A DNA stretch of 64,000 nt, taken from Patescibacteria group bacterium. Its GTDB lineage: Bacteria; Patescibacteriota; Patescibacteriia; Patescibacteriales; WJLG01. Below, piece after piece: positions 1 to 8,971 of the stretch. Position 1 is the first letter of the stretch, and each line of letters opens with the position of its first letter. The position numbers and the translations under genes are program-made. The notes under the pieces are model-generated. The model was not told where the DNA came from. It did not search any database and saw only the letters and a program-made list of their open reading frames with translations. The DNA lies in NCBI GenBank assembly GCA_028707065.1, contig JAQTUZ010000003.1, positions 66,501-130,500 of the forward strand. The letters run 5' to 3'.

Positions 1-1210
1 CGAATTCTTTGAATTTTTTAAGGAAGCGCTGGGCCGAGCGCTTGCGGATCAGATGGACCGAATCGACCAATTTGTCAGAGTCGACCCATTTCCAGGCCGA
101 ATGATCCCAAAAATTTATCTTAATATCTTCATCGCGGCCGGTGAATTCGGCGATGAATAAACCCTGTGATTGGCCTTTGAAGCCGGTGTGCTTGCGGCGG
201 GTCTTGGCCTGCATGCTGGTTTCGCCCGGACGATTGCCGAATTTATAGCGGTAGACATCTTTAAAAACTCGCTTGGCGATGAATTTATCGGAATTAATCT
301 CTTCACTTAATTCTCTCGCTCCCGCGACGAGCAGTCTTTCCCGGTCCGTGCCGCCCTGGGGCAATTGCCAATGACCCGGTTCGTTCTGCCGCTCGACGAT
401 CAAAATTTTATACTTATCCCCCTCTTTCTTGTACAAAAGACAAGCGACATTATGGCGATAAAAAAACGGGTAGAAAATTTTTCTTTTGATAAATTCCCAG
501 GGAAAGATAAAGATCGCGTTCCTGATCCGCTCTGATCTTTTTTGGCCCACGACCTGCGGATTGAAAAAAAAGCGCCAAAGCCATTCCATCCCGATGAAAC
601 GGATTATTTTCAGCGCCCGCTTGCGGCGGCCGGTCATAAAATCAAAGGTGCCGCCCACGCCCATCATGATTTTCGCCGACGGAATTTTCTTGATATTATG
701 AAAAATAAATTTTTCCTGCCAGGGGAAACCTAAACCCACTAAAACGATCACTGGGCCGTAATTCAAGAATTTATCGCCTACTATCGTGTCAGTTTCGCGG
801 CCGATGCTCTCGACCATAAAATCGAGCGTTGGATATTTTAAGCGCAAGGCGTCTTCGACTTCATTTTTTTTCGACAAGCCGCCTTTCCAGATCAATACCC
901 CGACCTTGGTCTTTTCCGCCGCTGCCAAATCAAGCAGATCAGCGCTGAAATCCGCTCCGGTGATCCGCGGTAAATTTTTGCCGTTAAGCCAGCTGGCGAT
1001 CTTCAAACCGATCCCGTCGCCCAAGCTCAAATCCGCGCTGTTCAAGATATAAAAAAGCTCCTCGTCGCGGTCGGCGGCCATGATGATTTCCGGATTGGGA
1101 GTGACGATAAAATGCTGCCCGCTTCCGGCCAAAAATTCTTTGGCCTTCAAAAGCAGTTTTTCCCTGTCCAGGTTTGTTATTTTGATGCCTAAAATAGAGA
1201 TTGTTTCCAT
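1..1210 (-). CDS. WecG/TagA-family glycosyltransferase fused to a C-terminal NUDIX hydrolase domain (3' end runs off the window)
   Basis: ATG at 1208-1210 (minus) opens a frame with no stop down to base 1 (403 codons). It is absent from the ORF track because no stop lies in the window. My translation gives METISILGIKITNLDREKLL...GDGIGLKIASW...MGVGGTFDFMTGRRKRALKIIRFIGMEWLWRFF (WecG/TagA hallmark). This is followed by QLPQGGTDRERLLVAGARELSEEINS (E-x7-RE-L-x-EE Nudix box, nt 303-362). Confidence 0.75.
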   Translation of the reverse strand, partial: METISILGIKITNLDREKLLLKAKEFLAGSGQHFIVTPNPEIIMAADRDEELFYILNSADLSLGDGIGLKIASWLNGKNLPRITGADFSADLLDLAAAEKTKVGVLIWKGGLSKKNEVEDALRLKYPTLDFMVESIGRETDTIVGDKFLNYGPVIVLVGLGFPWQEKFIFHNIKKIPSAKIMMGVGGTFDFMTGRRKRALKIIRFIGMEWLWRFFFNPQVVGQKRSERIRNAIFIFPWEFIKRKIFYPFFYRHNVACLLYKKEGDKYKILIVERQNEPGHWQLPQGGTDRERLLVAGARELSEEINSDKFIAKRVFKDVYRYKFGNRPGETSMQAKTRRKHTGFKGQSQGLFIAEFTGRDEDIKINFWDHSAWKWVDSDKLVDSVHLIRKRSAQRFLKKFKEF

Positions 1211-1287
1211 AATTTCATTATATCGGTTAAACCTAAAATTGCCAACAAAAAACCCGGTTTTACCAATAAACCGGGCTGTTTTAAATG

Positions 1288-1479
1288 CTATTTTTTAATG
1301 AGCTTCTGGCCGGCTTCAATAAGTGTCAAGAAATCCGATCTATTAGTACCGGCAAACATCAACTGAAACTTATTGAACTGCGTTAAGCTGATCCCCTCCA
1401 GCTTCTCGCCAGCCTCGACTTTTTTTAACATTTCGCCAAATTCTTCTTGCAAATTAATCCGGATCTTTGCGTGCCGCAT
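1288..1479 (-). CDS. hypothetical small protein (63 aa)
   Basis: Complete ORF with a GGAGG about 8 nt upstream of the ATG and its own promoter. No recognisable motif. Confidence 0.5.
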   Translation of the reverse strand: MRHAKIRINLQEEFGEMLKKVEAGEKLEGISLTQFNKFQLMFAGTNRSDFLTLIEAGQKLIKK

Positions 1480-1526
1480 CGAGCTGCCTCCATTGTTAAA
1501 ATTAACTGGAAAAAGAATTTTTGTTA

Positions 1527-1555
1527 ATATTAACTAAATACTAAATTTTTGTCAA
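1527..1555 (-). promoter_or_regulatory. sigma70-like promoter for the 63-aa gene (TTGACA-17-TAATAT on minus strand)
   Basis: Reverse complement of 1550-1555 is TTGACA and of 1527-1532 is TAATAT, with a 17-nt spacer. It is divergent from the clpB promoter. Confidence 0.55.
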
Positions 1556-1564
1556 GGATATGAT

Positions 1565-1593
1565 TTGACAATATTTTATAAATACCCTATATT
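1565..1593 (+). promoter_or_regulatory. sigma70-like promoter of clpB (TTGACA-17-TATATT)
   Basis: TTGACA at 1565-1570, 17-nt spacer, TATATT at 1588-1593, immediately upstream of CIRCE. Confidence 0.7.
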
Positions 1594-1597
1594 TATA

Positions 1598-1624
1598 TTA
1601 GCACTCCCCTATTCCGAGTGCTAA
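1598..1624 (+). promoter_or_regulatory. CIRCE operator (HrcA binding site), perfect consensus
   Basis: The sequence is TTAGCACTC-CCCTATTCC-GAGTGCTAA. This matches TTAGCACTC-N9-GAGTGCTAA exactly, 4 nt after the -10 box and 45 nt before the clpB ATG. Confidence 0.9.
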
Positions 1625-1668
1625 ATACAAAACTAATTCATAATTTATAATTTATAATTGATTATAAT

Positions 1669-4320
1669 ATGTTCAATAAATTCACGACCAAATCTCAAGA
1701 AGCCATTATTAACGCCCAGATAATCGCTCAGGAATATGGCCAGCAAAATATCGAAGCTTTGCATCTGCTCGCTTCCCTCTTGGACCAGGACGAAAGCCTG
1801 GTCAAGCCGATCTTGGAAAAGGCGCAGATCGATCCGGATAAAGTCCGGGATGATGTTTTTGATGCGATTGAAAAACTGCGTAAATCAACCACCCGCGGCT
1901 CCAATGCTTTCGGCGAAGGCGGTGTCGGCACGGTTTCCGGTTCAGCCGAAGCGGCTTTTGTTCTGGAACGCGCCAAAAAGGAAGCTGACAAGATGAAGGA
2001 TGAATTTATTTCTACTGAACATATTCTATTGGCTTTGATCGGCATTAAAACCCAGGCTCAAGAAATATTATTGAAGGCGGGTTTGGAATATGAAAATATT
2101 TTGAAAATTTTAACCGAGTTGCGAGGCGGAAAAAATATCACTGAGCCCGATCCGGAAGTGAAATACCGCGTCTTGGAAAAATATACCGTTGATCTGACTG
2201 AATTGGCCCGAGCAAAAAAACTTGATCCGGTCATCGGCCGCGATACGGAGATCCGCCGCATTATGCAAGTCTTGCTTCGCCGCACTAAAAATAATCCGGT
2301 TTTGATCGGTGATGCCGGCACGGGCAAAACCGCGATCGTTGAAGGACTGGCGCAAAAAATAATTGCTAATGATGTGCCGGAAAATTTGCGCGATAAAAAA
2401 ATCGTTTCGCTTGACCTGGGCGCGCTGATCGCCGGCGCGAAATTCCGCGGTGAGTTTGAAGAACGCCTTAAAGCGGTTATTAAAGAAATCGAATCGCAAG
2501 ACGGCGGCGTAATTTTATTTATCGATGAATTGCATACTTTGGTCGGCGCCGGCGCTTCGGAAGGAGCGATGGACGCTTCTAATATGTTAAAGCCGGCCTT
2601 AGCGCGCGGCAAAATCCGGGCGATCGGCGCCACCACTACCAAAGAATACCAAAAATATATCGAGAAAGACCAAGCCTTAGAAAGACGTTTCCAGCCGATT
2701 TACGTGGCTGAACCAACGGTCGAAGATACAATCGATATTTTGCGCGGCATCAAGGAAAAATATGAAGTCCATCATGGCATCAGGATCACCGACGAAGCTT
2801 TGATCGCGGCCGCGAAATTGTCATCTCGTTATATTACTGACAGATTCTTGCCGGATAAAGCCGTGGATTTAATGGACGAAGCCGCCTCGGCTTTGCGGAT
2901 GCAAGTCGATTCCACGCCGGAAGATCTGGAAAAAATGAAAAAAGAAATCCGCCATTTGGAAATAAATAAAATGAGCCTGACGAAAGGCAAAGAAAAAATT
3001 TCGCCGGAAATATCTGAAATAAATAAGCAGCTGGCCGAGCTGAAAGAAAAAGCCAATCAATTGGAACTGCATTGGAATAATGAAAAATCGGCTATTTCCA
3101 AGATCCGCGAATCAAAAAGAAAAATCGATGAACTGAAAATCCAGTCCGAGATCGCCGAGCGCCGCGGCGATGACTTGATGAAAGTCGCCGAGATCCGCTA
3201 CGGCCAAATTCCGGCTTTGGAAAAAGAAGTGAAAAAGAATGAAAAAGAATTGGCGGAAATCCAAAAAAGCGGCCAATCGATCCTGAAAGAAGAGGTTGAT
3301 GAAGAAGATATCGCCAAGGTCGTCGCCCGCTGGACCGGCATTCCCCTTTCCAAAATGCTCGAGTCGGAAACGCAAAAATTAACGCATCTGGAAGATGAAT
3401 TGAAGAAAAAAGTCGTCGGCCAGGACGAAGCGATCAGTGCGATCGCCAAAGCGATACGGCGTTCCCGCGCCGGTATCAACGAAGAAAGCCATCCGATCGG
3501 CTCCTTTCTGTTCGTCGGCCCGACCGGCGTTGGCAAAACCCAATTAGCCAAAGCGCTGGCAGGATTTATGTTCGATGACGAAAACGCCTTGATCAGGATC
3601 GATATGAGCGAATATATGGAAAAGCATTCGGTCGCCAAAATAATCGGCTCGCCGCCCGGCTATGTCGGCCATGAAGAAGGCGGACAATTGACGGAAAAGA
3701 TCCGCCGCCGCCCCTATTCGGTCATCTTATTCGATGAAATGGAAAAAGCCGATCCGGAAGTCTTTAATATTATGCTGCAAATTCTGGACGACGGCCGCAT
3801 TACCGATTCCAAAGGCCGGATGGTCAACTTCAAGAATACCATCGTGATCATGACGTCCAATCTGGGCAATGAGATCATCAAGAAATTCTCGATCGGCTTC
3901 CGCGATTCCGAAGATGGCAAAAGCGAACGCGAGATCGGCTTTAAGGATATGAAAGAACAGATCGACAAGAAGCTCAAAGATCATTTCAAATTGGAATTTT
4001 TGAACCGCATCGACGAGATTGTCGTCTTCCATTCCTTGGATAAAGCATCTCTGGAACGCATTGTCGATTTGGAACTGGCAAAAGTCCAGAATCGTTTGCG
4101 TAATAAAGATATTACCCTCAAGATCAGCAATAAGGTTAAAAAAATGCTTTCCGACGAAGGCTTTGACATCACTTATGGCGCCCGGCCGTTAAAACGCCTG
4201 ATCCAAAACCGCATTCTCGATGAATTGTCTTTGGAAATCATCGAGGGCAAGATCAAGGACGGCGACAAAGTAACGATCGATCTGGGCATCGAAAACAAAG
4301 TACTCTTGAGCGTTAAATAG
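1669..4320 (+). CDS. clpB: ATP-dependent chaperone/disaggregase ClpB
   Basis: 883 aa. Clp N-domain, two AAA+ modules ([15 protein letters not shown] and [15 protein letters not shown] Walker A), a long coiled-coil middle domain, and the C-terminal [10 protein letters not shown] motif. Confidence 0.97.
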   Translation: MFNKFTTKSQEAIINAQIIAQEYGQQNIEALHLLASLLDQDESLVKPILEKAQIDPDKVRDDVFDAIEKLRKSTTRGSNAFGEGGVGTVSGSAEAAFVLERAKKEADKMKDEFISTEHILLALIGIKTQAQEILLKAGLEYENILKILTELRGGKNITEPDPEVKYRVLEKYTVDLTELARAKKLDPVIGRDTEIRRIMQVLLRRTKNNPVLIGDAGTGKTAIVEGLAQKIIANDVPENLRDKKIVSLDLGALIAGAKFRGEFEERLKAVIKEIESQDGGVILFIDELHTLVGAGASEGAMDASNMLKPALARGKIRAIGATTTKEYQKYIEKDQALERRFQPIYVAEPTVEDTIDILRGIKEKYEVHHGIRITDEALIAAAKLSSRYITDRFLPDKAVDLMDEAASALRMQVDSTPEDLEKMKKEIRHLEINKMSLTKGKEKISPEISEINKQLAELKEKANQLELHWNNEKSAISKIRESKRKIDELKIQSEIAERRGDDLMKVAEIRYGQIPALEKEVKKNEKELAEIQKSGQSILKEEVDEEDIAKVVARWTGIPLSKMLESETQKLTHLEDELKKKVVGQDEAISAIAKAIRRSRAGINEESHPIGSFLFVGPTGVGKTQLAKALAGFMFDDENALIRIDMSEYMEKHSVAKIIGSPPGYVGHEEGGQLTEKIRRRPYSVILFDEMEKADPEVFNIMLQILDDGRITDSKGRMVNFKNTIVIMTSNLGNEIIKKFSIGFRDSEDGKSEREIGFKDMKEQIDKKLKDHFKLEFLNRIDEIVVFHSLDKASLERIVDLELAKVQNRLRNKDITLKISNKVKKMLSDEGFDITYGARPLKRLIQNRILDELSLEIIEGKIKDGDKVTIDLGIENKVLLSVK

Positions 4321-4323
4321 TTT

Positions 4324-4425
4324 TGTCATTGCGAGGAGTCGACCGAAGGGAGACGACGAAGCAATCCCGCCGAGAATAGTATTCACGGGATTGTTTCGCT
4401 TCACTTCGTTCCGCTCGCAATGACA
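4324..4425. repeat. 102-bp imperfect palindrome with TGTCATTGCGAG...CTCGCAATGACA termini (TGTCAT-family element)
   Basis: The left arm tgtcattgcgaggagtcgaccgaaggg...gaagcaatcccg pairs with cgggattgtttcgcttc...gctcgcaatgaca. A sister copy lies inside tgt at 19624-19708. Confidence 0.8.
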
Positions 4426-4430
4426 GTATT

Positions 4431-4462
4431 AAAAAATCCGCGGCGCAGGCTGCGGATTTTTG
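4431..4462 (+). terminator. rho-independent terminator of clpB
   Basis: Stem aaaaatccgc / gcggattttt with a 10-nt loop, followed by a T-run. Confidence 0.7.
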
Positions 4463-4471
4463 TTAATCCAA

Positions 4472-4676
4472 ATTTAAAAGGCCACCGAGTCTTTTTTTAA
4501 AAGACTAAGTGGCCTGGCGTGGCTCATGCCGAAACGTTCTTCGACATCAGGGATTTGTACCCCGAAATTATGATAAAACTACACAGCTAATGTCCCGAAC
4601 CACTGAATTGGGCGCCTAAGAGGCTATTTATTTACCGCTTTCGGCACCGGGGATTCGTACCCCGAAAAAACGTACT
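4472..4676 (-). ncRNA. candidate orphan small RNA (about 205 nt), class unknown
   Basis: It lies in a 560-bp ORF-free gap between convergent genes. A minus-strand promoter sits at 4683-4710. A minus-specific terminator hairpin ggccacttagtctt/gactcggtggcc plus UUUUAAAUUU sits at 4470-4514. The body holds two tandem copies of TTCGGGGTAC(G/A)AATCCC(C/T)G hairpins with T-loop-like heptaloops. Confidence 0.4.
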
Positions 4677-4682
4677 AATTAA

Positions 4683-4710
4683 AGTTTACCAAAATTAATT
4701 ATTTTGTCAA
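4683..4710 (-). promoter_or_regulatory. promoter of the candidate sRNA (TTGACA-16-TGgTAAACT, extended -10)
   Basis: Reverse complement of 4705-4710 is TTGACA. Reverse complement of 4683-4691 is TGGTAAACT. Confidence 0.45.
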
Positions 4711-4777
4711 TAATATATTAAAAAACTGCCAATGATAGCAGTTCTATATTGAAAAAATATTTAAATTTAATTTTACT

Positions 4778-4810
4778 ACAACTAAGTACCTAATCAACTA
4801 ATTAACTAAT
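4778..4810. repeat. half-copy of the TTAGTTAATTAGTT palindrome family (family B)
   Basis: acaactaagtacctaatcaactaattaactaat matches the right arms of the copies at 10879-10906, 26226-26251, 28375-28418 and 34625-34650. Confidence 0.6.
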
Positions 4811-4830
4811 AGCATCTTTCAAATCATTTT

Positions 4831-4881
4831 AACACACCCCGTCCCGCCGAGGCGGCGGTCCACCCCTCTCGAGAGGGGAAT
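4831..4881. repeat. GC-rich palindromic element, family A, intergenic copy
   Basis: aacacaccccgtcccgccgaggcggcggtccacccctctcgagaggggaat is nearly the reverse complement of 59369-59419. It ends 3 nt from the histidine kinase stop codon. Confidence 0.85.
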
Positions 4882-4884
4882 TTT

Positions 4885-6015
4885 TCATCTCCAGATCGGC
4901 ACCGTAAAGCTGAACATCGAGCCCTTTCCAACTTCGGATTTTTCCAGTTTCAATTCGCCGCCATTGGCTTCCACGATTTTTTTGGCGATATAAAGTCCCA
5001 GTCCGGAACCGGACGGGCGTTCGTGCACCGCGCGCTTGCCGCGGACGAATTTTTCAAATAATTTTCCCTGATCTTCGAAATCGATGCCGCAGCCGCTGTC
5101 TTGAATATAAATTTTTAAAAACTCGTTGCCGATCAATCCGAAAGTGATCGCCACCGAGCCGGAATTGGTATAGGAAATGGCATTTTCCAATAAATTGCTG
5201 GCCACTTGGGTAATTTGTTTAGGGTCGCTTTTAATCCTGGGAATGTCAAAATTCTTTTCAACTTCCACCTTCAATCCCCGCTCTTTAACTACCGGCGAAT
5301 TATTATTGGCATTATCCACCAACTTGCCGATGATTTCTTCCAAATTTGTTTCCCGCAAATCCAATTTCACTCCTTCGCCCTCAAAGGAAAAAGCTTTCCA
5401 AAAATCAGTGAAAATTTCCTCCATCCTTTTGACGCCTTCATCGACGAAGCTCAAGCCTTTTTCCAAAGAAAACGCGCCGGACTTGATCATAAAAATGGAA
5501 TTCTTAATGATCGATACCGGCGTATTGAGCTGATGATTGACCACGCGCAAAAATTCATTCTTGACTTCCAGCAGCTTATTGAGATTGGTGTTTTTTTCTT
5601 CCAGTTCGGCGGCTTTTTTCTTGATGTCCTCGGTTTGTTCTTTGACTCGCTCTTCAAGTTTTTCGGTCAATTCCTCGAGAGCCTGGCTGGCTTTTCTTTG
5701 GGCAAAATTAGCTTTAATGATCCGGTCCGTGCTTTTATTCAAGACATAACCATAAACGATCACAAAAGTAAAAACACAAATGATCACTAACGCCGTAATC
5801 TTTCTTTCAGTTAGAAAAAAGAGGATGAGGAAAATACCAATCAAGGCTAAGCTGATAATTTGATATTGTAAAAAAAGACACTTGCGAAATTCTAATTCGC
5901 AATATTGACAGCGGCTATATGGCGAATAATTAAGGGTTTTGGCTAACCAGCAATTTTTATTGATATACCCGGGTCCGCCTATTTTTTCTCTTTGAATTTT
6001 TTTATCTTTTTTCAT
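4885..6015 (-). CDS. sensor histidine kinase with N-terminal Cys4 motif
   Basis: 376 aa. H-box LRVVNHQLNTPVSII, N-box NLLENAISYT, G-boxes DSGCGI and GSGLGLYIAKKIVEANGG, one TM region, a coiled coil, and an N-terminal C-x13-C-x2-C-x6-C motif. Confidence 0.88.
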   Translation of the reverse strand: MKKDKKIQREKIGGPGYINKNCWLAKTLNYSPYSRCQYCELEFRKCLFLQYQIISLALIGIFLILFFLTERKITALVIICVFTFVIVYGYVLNKSTDRIIKANFAQRKASQALEELTEKLEERVKEQTEDIKKKAAELEEKNTNLNKLLEVKNEFLRVVNHQLNTPVSIIKNSIFMIKSGAFSLEKGLSFVDEGVKRMEEIFTDFWKAFSFEGEGVKLDLRETNLEEIIGKLVDNANNNSPVVKERGLKVEVEKNFDIPRIKSDPKQITQVASNLLENAISYTNSGSVAITFGLIGNEFLKIYIQDSGCGIDFEDQGKLFEKFVRGKRAVHERPSGSGLGLYIAKKIVEANGGELKLEKSEVGKGSMFSFTVPIWR

Positions 6016-6443
6016 TACTGCTTCTTAAAGATCTTTTTGAAAAAAACATACATTAAAGTAGCCAGACAAAGACCGACAAAACAAGCCAAAAATATCAAGA
6101 AAGCCACGACTAGAATATAAATCCAGGCAAAATCAGCATAGATATTAAAATGAATCAATAAAAAACCGATAAAAAGCAGCATGGCCGTCATTCCGGAAAC
6201 AAAACTTAATTCTCCCGATTCCTTCTGGATCGGCGCCGAACTTTTTTTTCCCATTTTTACAAAAACCAAATAATGAAGCTGATAGAAAAGATTAAGCTTC
6301 AGGGAAAAAGTTCCCAGGGCCATTAAAACACAGACGAGCAAAAGCAGCCATTCACCGTGAATTAAAAAAGCGACCACGGTTAAGCCGCCATAAACGGCTC
6401 GGGAAAATCGCAAAGATTTATCATAAATCGAGCAGGTGTTCAT
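6015..6443 (-). CDS. small polytopic membrane protein (about 4 TM)
   Basis: 142 aa, strongly hydrophobic. Its TAA stop overlaps the kinase ATG by one base (TAATG), which suggests translational coupling. Confidence 0.6.
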   Translation of the reverse strand: MNTCSIYDKSLRFSRAVYGGLTVVAFLIHGEWLLLLVCVLMALGTFSLKLNLFYQLHYLVFVKMGKKSSAPIQKESGELSFVSGMTAMLLFIGFLLIHFNIYADFAWIYILVVAFLIFLACFVGLCLATLMYVFFKKIFKKQ

Positions 6444-6477
6444 AAAATTATGATGATTAAATTTTAAATTTCTTTAT

Positions 6478-6638
6478 GGGACTGTCGCTGAATGCTCTTT
6501 CGAGCATAAATTTACAAAATTCGAGCCAAATTTGTTTTAAAATTTTTTTGGTGATATGGTTTATCAGCTAAAAAATTTTAAAACAAATTTGCCGAATTTT
6601 GGAGATTTAGGCCGAATACAGCATTCAGTGGCAGTCCC
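6478..6638. repeat. 161-bp imperfect palindrome
   Basis: The left arm gggactgtcgctgaatgct...caaatttgttttaaaatttttt is about 80 percent identical to the reverse complement of aaaaaattttaaaacaaatttg...agcattcagtggcagtccc. The right arm overlaps the last codons of sufS. Confidence 0.85.
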
Positions 6639-8325
6639 TGCGAGAGGCGGCATCGGCTTTCATCCGATTGACTAATTTCCAAAGGCTGTTGGCGCGCAGC
6701 GGTGAAAAATTTTCCTTCAATCCAATCGCGTCAAAAAAATACAATTCGGCATCCGCGATCTCGTCCGGAATGCGCCCGGACAAAACTTCCAGCAATAGAG
6801 CGATGAATCCTTTGATCACGAAAGAGACGCTGTCAACCTGAAAAAACATCTTGCCATTCTCAAAGGTCGAATGATACCAGGTATTCACCTGGCAGCCTCT
6901 GATCAAATTGTCCTTGATTTTAAATTTCTGATCGAGCGGAGGCAAATTTTTCCCCAATCTGACCAAATAAGCGTATTTATCCGTCCAATCGCCGAAAGGC
7001 TTGAATTCGCCAATGATTTTTTCTTGCGCTTCCCGGGTCGTGCCTGAAATTTTCATCGCGGGAACAGCCTGGCTTTGTTCAAAAATCGCCTTGATTTTTT
7101 CCAATACTTCGCAAAAACAATCTATCTCCGCGAAAGTATTGTAAAAAGACAAAGAAGCGCGGACCGATCCTTCGGTTTTAAAATGCGCCCAGAGAGGATG
7201 CGTGCAATGATGGCCGGTGCGCACGGCAACGCCCATCCGGTCTAAATAAATTCCCACATCATAAGGGTGGGTGTTATCCAGCAAAAAGGACAGGATGCAA
7301 GTTTTTTTCTCCGCCGTTCCGTAAATTTTCAATCCGGGTACGGACATAAGTTTCGCTGTCGCGTAAGCCAATAATTTTTTCTCATAATCCGCTATTTTAT
7401 CCAATCCTAGGTTCGAAATATAATCCAAAGCCGCGCCCAAGCCGATGGCGCCGATGTAATTCGGGGTGCCGGCTTCAAATTTGTTGGGCAAATCGGCGTA
7501 AGTAGTGTTGGCAAAAGTCACCCGATCGATCATATCCCCTCCGCCCTGATAAGGCGGCATTTCATTCAGCCAGCGTTCTTTGGCGTATAAAACTCCGATT
7601 CCCGTGGGCCCGTATATTTTGTGTCCGGAAAAAGCGTAAAAATCGCAGTCCAAATCTTGGACATCGACGCGTCCGTGCTGGATCGCCTGCGTCCCGTCGA
7701 CCAAGACGGGAATATTATTTTTATGAGCGATGGCCGTAATTTCTTTGACCGGGTTTACGGTACCGAGAGAATTGGAAACGTGGACGACGGCTACCAGTTT
7801 GGTTTTGGAATTGATCAATTTTTTATATTCGTCCAATAATAATTCACCTTGGTCGTTGAAAGGAATTACTCTTAATTTAGCGCCCTTGCGCCGGCACATT
7901 ATCTGCCAGGGAACAATGTTGCTGTGATGCTCCATTTCGGTGACGATGATCTCGTCGTTTTCTTTCACATATGCCTCGCCGAAAGAATATGCCGCTAAAT
8001 TAATGGAGGCCGTGGTCCCGGCGGTAAAAATTATCTCCTGGACAGATTCGGCATTCAGATAAGCCCTGATCTTTTCTCTGGCCAATTCATATTTGATAGT
8101 CAGCTGTTCGCTTAAATAGTGAACTCCCCGGTGAATATTGCTGTTGTGTTTCGCGTGCAATTCATTGACGGTGCCGATAACGATTTTCGGCTTTTGCGTG
8201 GTCGCGCCATTATCAAAATAAACCAGGGGTTTTCCGTAAATTTTACGCTTCAAGATCGGAAAATCCTTCCTTATTTTTGCCACGTCAAAACCGGATGTTT
8301 TTTGTTTATTTTTTAAGCCGAACAT
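6625..8325 (-). CDS. sufS: cysteine desulfurase SufS fused to a C-terminal SufE-like domain
   Basis: 566 aa. PLP lysine SGHKIYGPTGIG and catalytic RTGHHCTHPL. The C-terminal 140 aa or so carry the SufE signature LIRGCQVNTWY. Confidence 0.9.
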   Translation of the reverse strand: MFGLKNKQKTSGFDVAKIRKDFPILKRKIYGKPLVYFDNGATTQKPKIVIGTVNELHAKHNSNIHRGVHYLSEQLTIKYELAREKIRAYLNAESVQEIIFTAGTTASINLAAYSFGEAYVKENDEIIVTEMEHHSNIVPWQIMCRRKGAKLRVIPFNDQGELLLDEYKKLINSKTKLVAVVHVSNSLGTVNPVKEITAIAHKNNIPVLVDGTQAIQHGRVDVQDLDCDFYAFSGHKIYGPTGIGVLYAKERWLNEMPPYQGGGDMIDRVTFANTTYADLPNKFEAGTPNYIGAIGLGAALDYISNLGLDKIADYEKKLLAYATAKLMSVPGLKIYGTAEKKTCILSFLLDNTHPYDVGIYLDRMGVAVRTGHHCTHPLWAHFKTEGSVRASLSFYNTFAEIDCFCEVLEKIKAIFEQSQAVPAMKISGTTREAQEKIIGEFKPFGDWTDKYAYLVRLGKNLPPLDQKFKIKDNLIRGCQVNTWYHSTFENGKMFFQVDSVSFVIKGFIALLLEVLSGRIPDEIADAELYFFDAIGLKENFSPLRANSLWKLVNRMKADAASRRDCH

Positions 8326-8443
8326 AATATAAAAAATTGATTTTGGGCAAAAATAAAAAAGAGTCCTGCCGGTAAATTTTTGTGATCACGATCAGACATG
8401 CCCGTTAAATGCGATGAGTTAGACGATTATCAGATCATTAACG

Positions 8444-8830
8444 CTATTTGATCAAGGTGCGGACATTGCGGACGACGTCGTCGGGATTGAATTGCGATTT
8501 GGTGAAATAGCCGCTGGCGCCCAGGGCCATACCCTCGCTGATGGTCTTGTCGTCAGACAGATTACTGATGATCATTACCGGAATTTTTTCGGTTTTTTTG
8601 GTTTCTCGCAGCTTTTTTAAAACCGCCAAACCGTTCATTTCGCCGGGCAACATTATATCCAAAAGCATTACGTCAGGCAAAAAAACAGCCGCTACCCGAT
8701 ACCCGTCCTCGCCGTTCATTGCCGTTTGAACTTCAAAACCTTCTTTAGTGAAAACCGTTTCATAAATGTTCAGCAGGAACTCATCGTCTTCAACGATTAA
8801 AATTTTGGCTTTTTTTGAAGAGTCAGACAT
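8444..8830 (-). CDS. single-domain response regulator (CheY-like receiver)
   Basis: 128 aa. KILIVEDDEF, phospho-acceptor LLDIMLPGEMNG, conserved ISNL and K in YFTKSQ. No output domain. Confidence 0.88.
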   Translation of the reverse strand: MSDSSKKAKILIVEDDEFLLNIYETVFTKEGFEVQTAMNGEDGYRVAAVFLPDVMLLDIMLPGEMNGLAVLKKLRETKKTEKIPVMIISNLSDDKTISEGMALGASGYFTKSQFNPDDVVRNVRTLIK

Positions 8831-8971
8831 ATTTTAGCAAATAAAGTTTTAATGTTTATATTATACAATAAATCGGGTTGCCTGCCAAGGCTCTTTTGCC
8901 CGCGCAATTTTCTTAAAAGATAAAGACGGTTAAATAATGATGCAAAAAAAATAAGACAGCGAGTACTGCCA

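Noticed and set aside
4472-4676. tmRNA, SRP RNA or 6S RNA identity for the orphan transcript
   Set aside because: I saw no tRNA-like acceptor pairing or CCA end, and no convincing tag reading frame. The GGAA tetraloop/AGCA motif of SRP helix 8 is also absent, and there is no 6S-like closing stem. It is kept only as an unclassified candidate.
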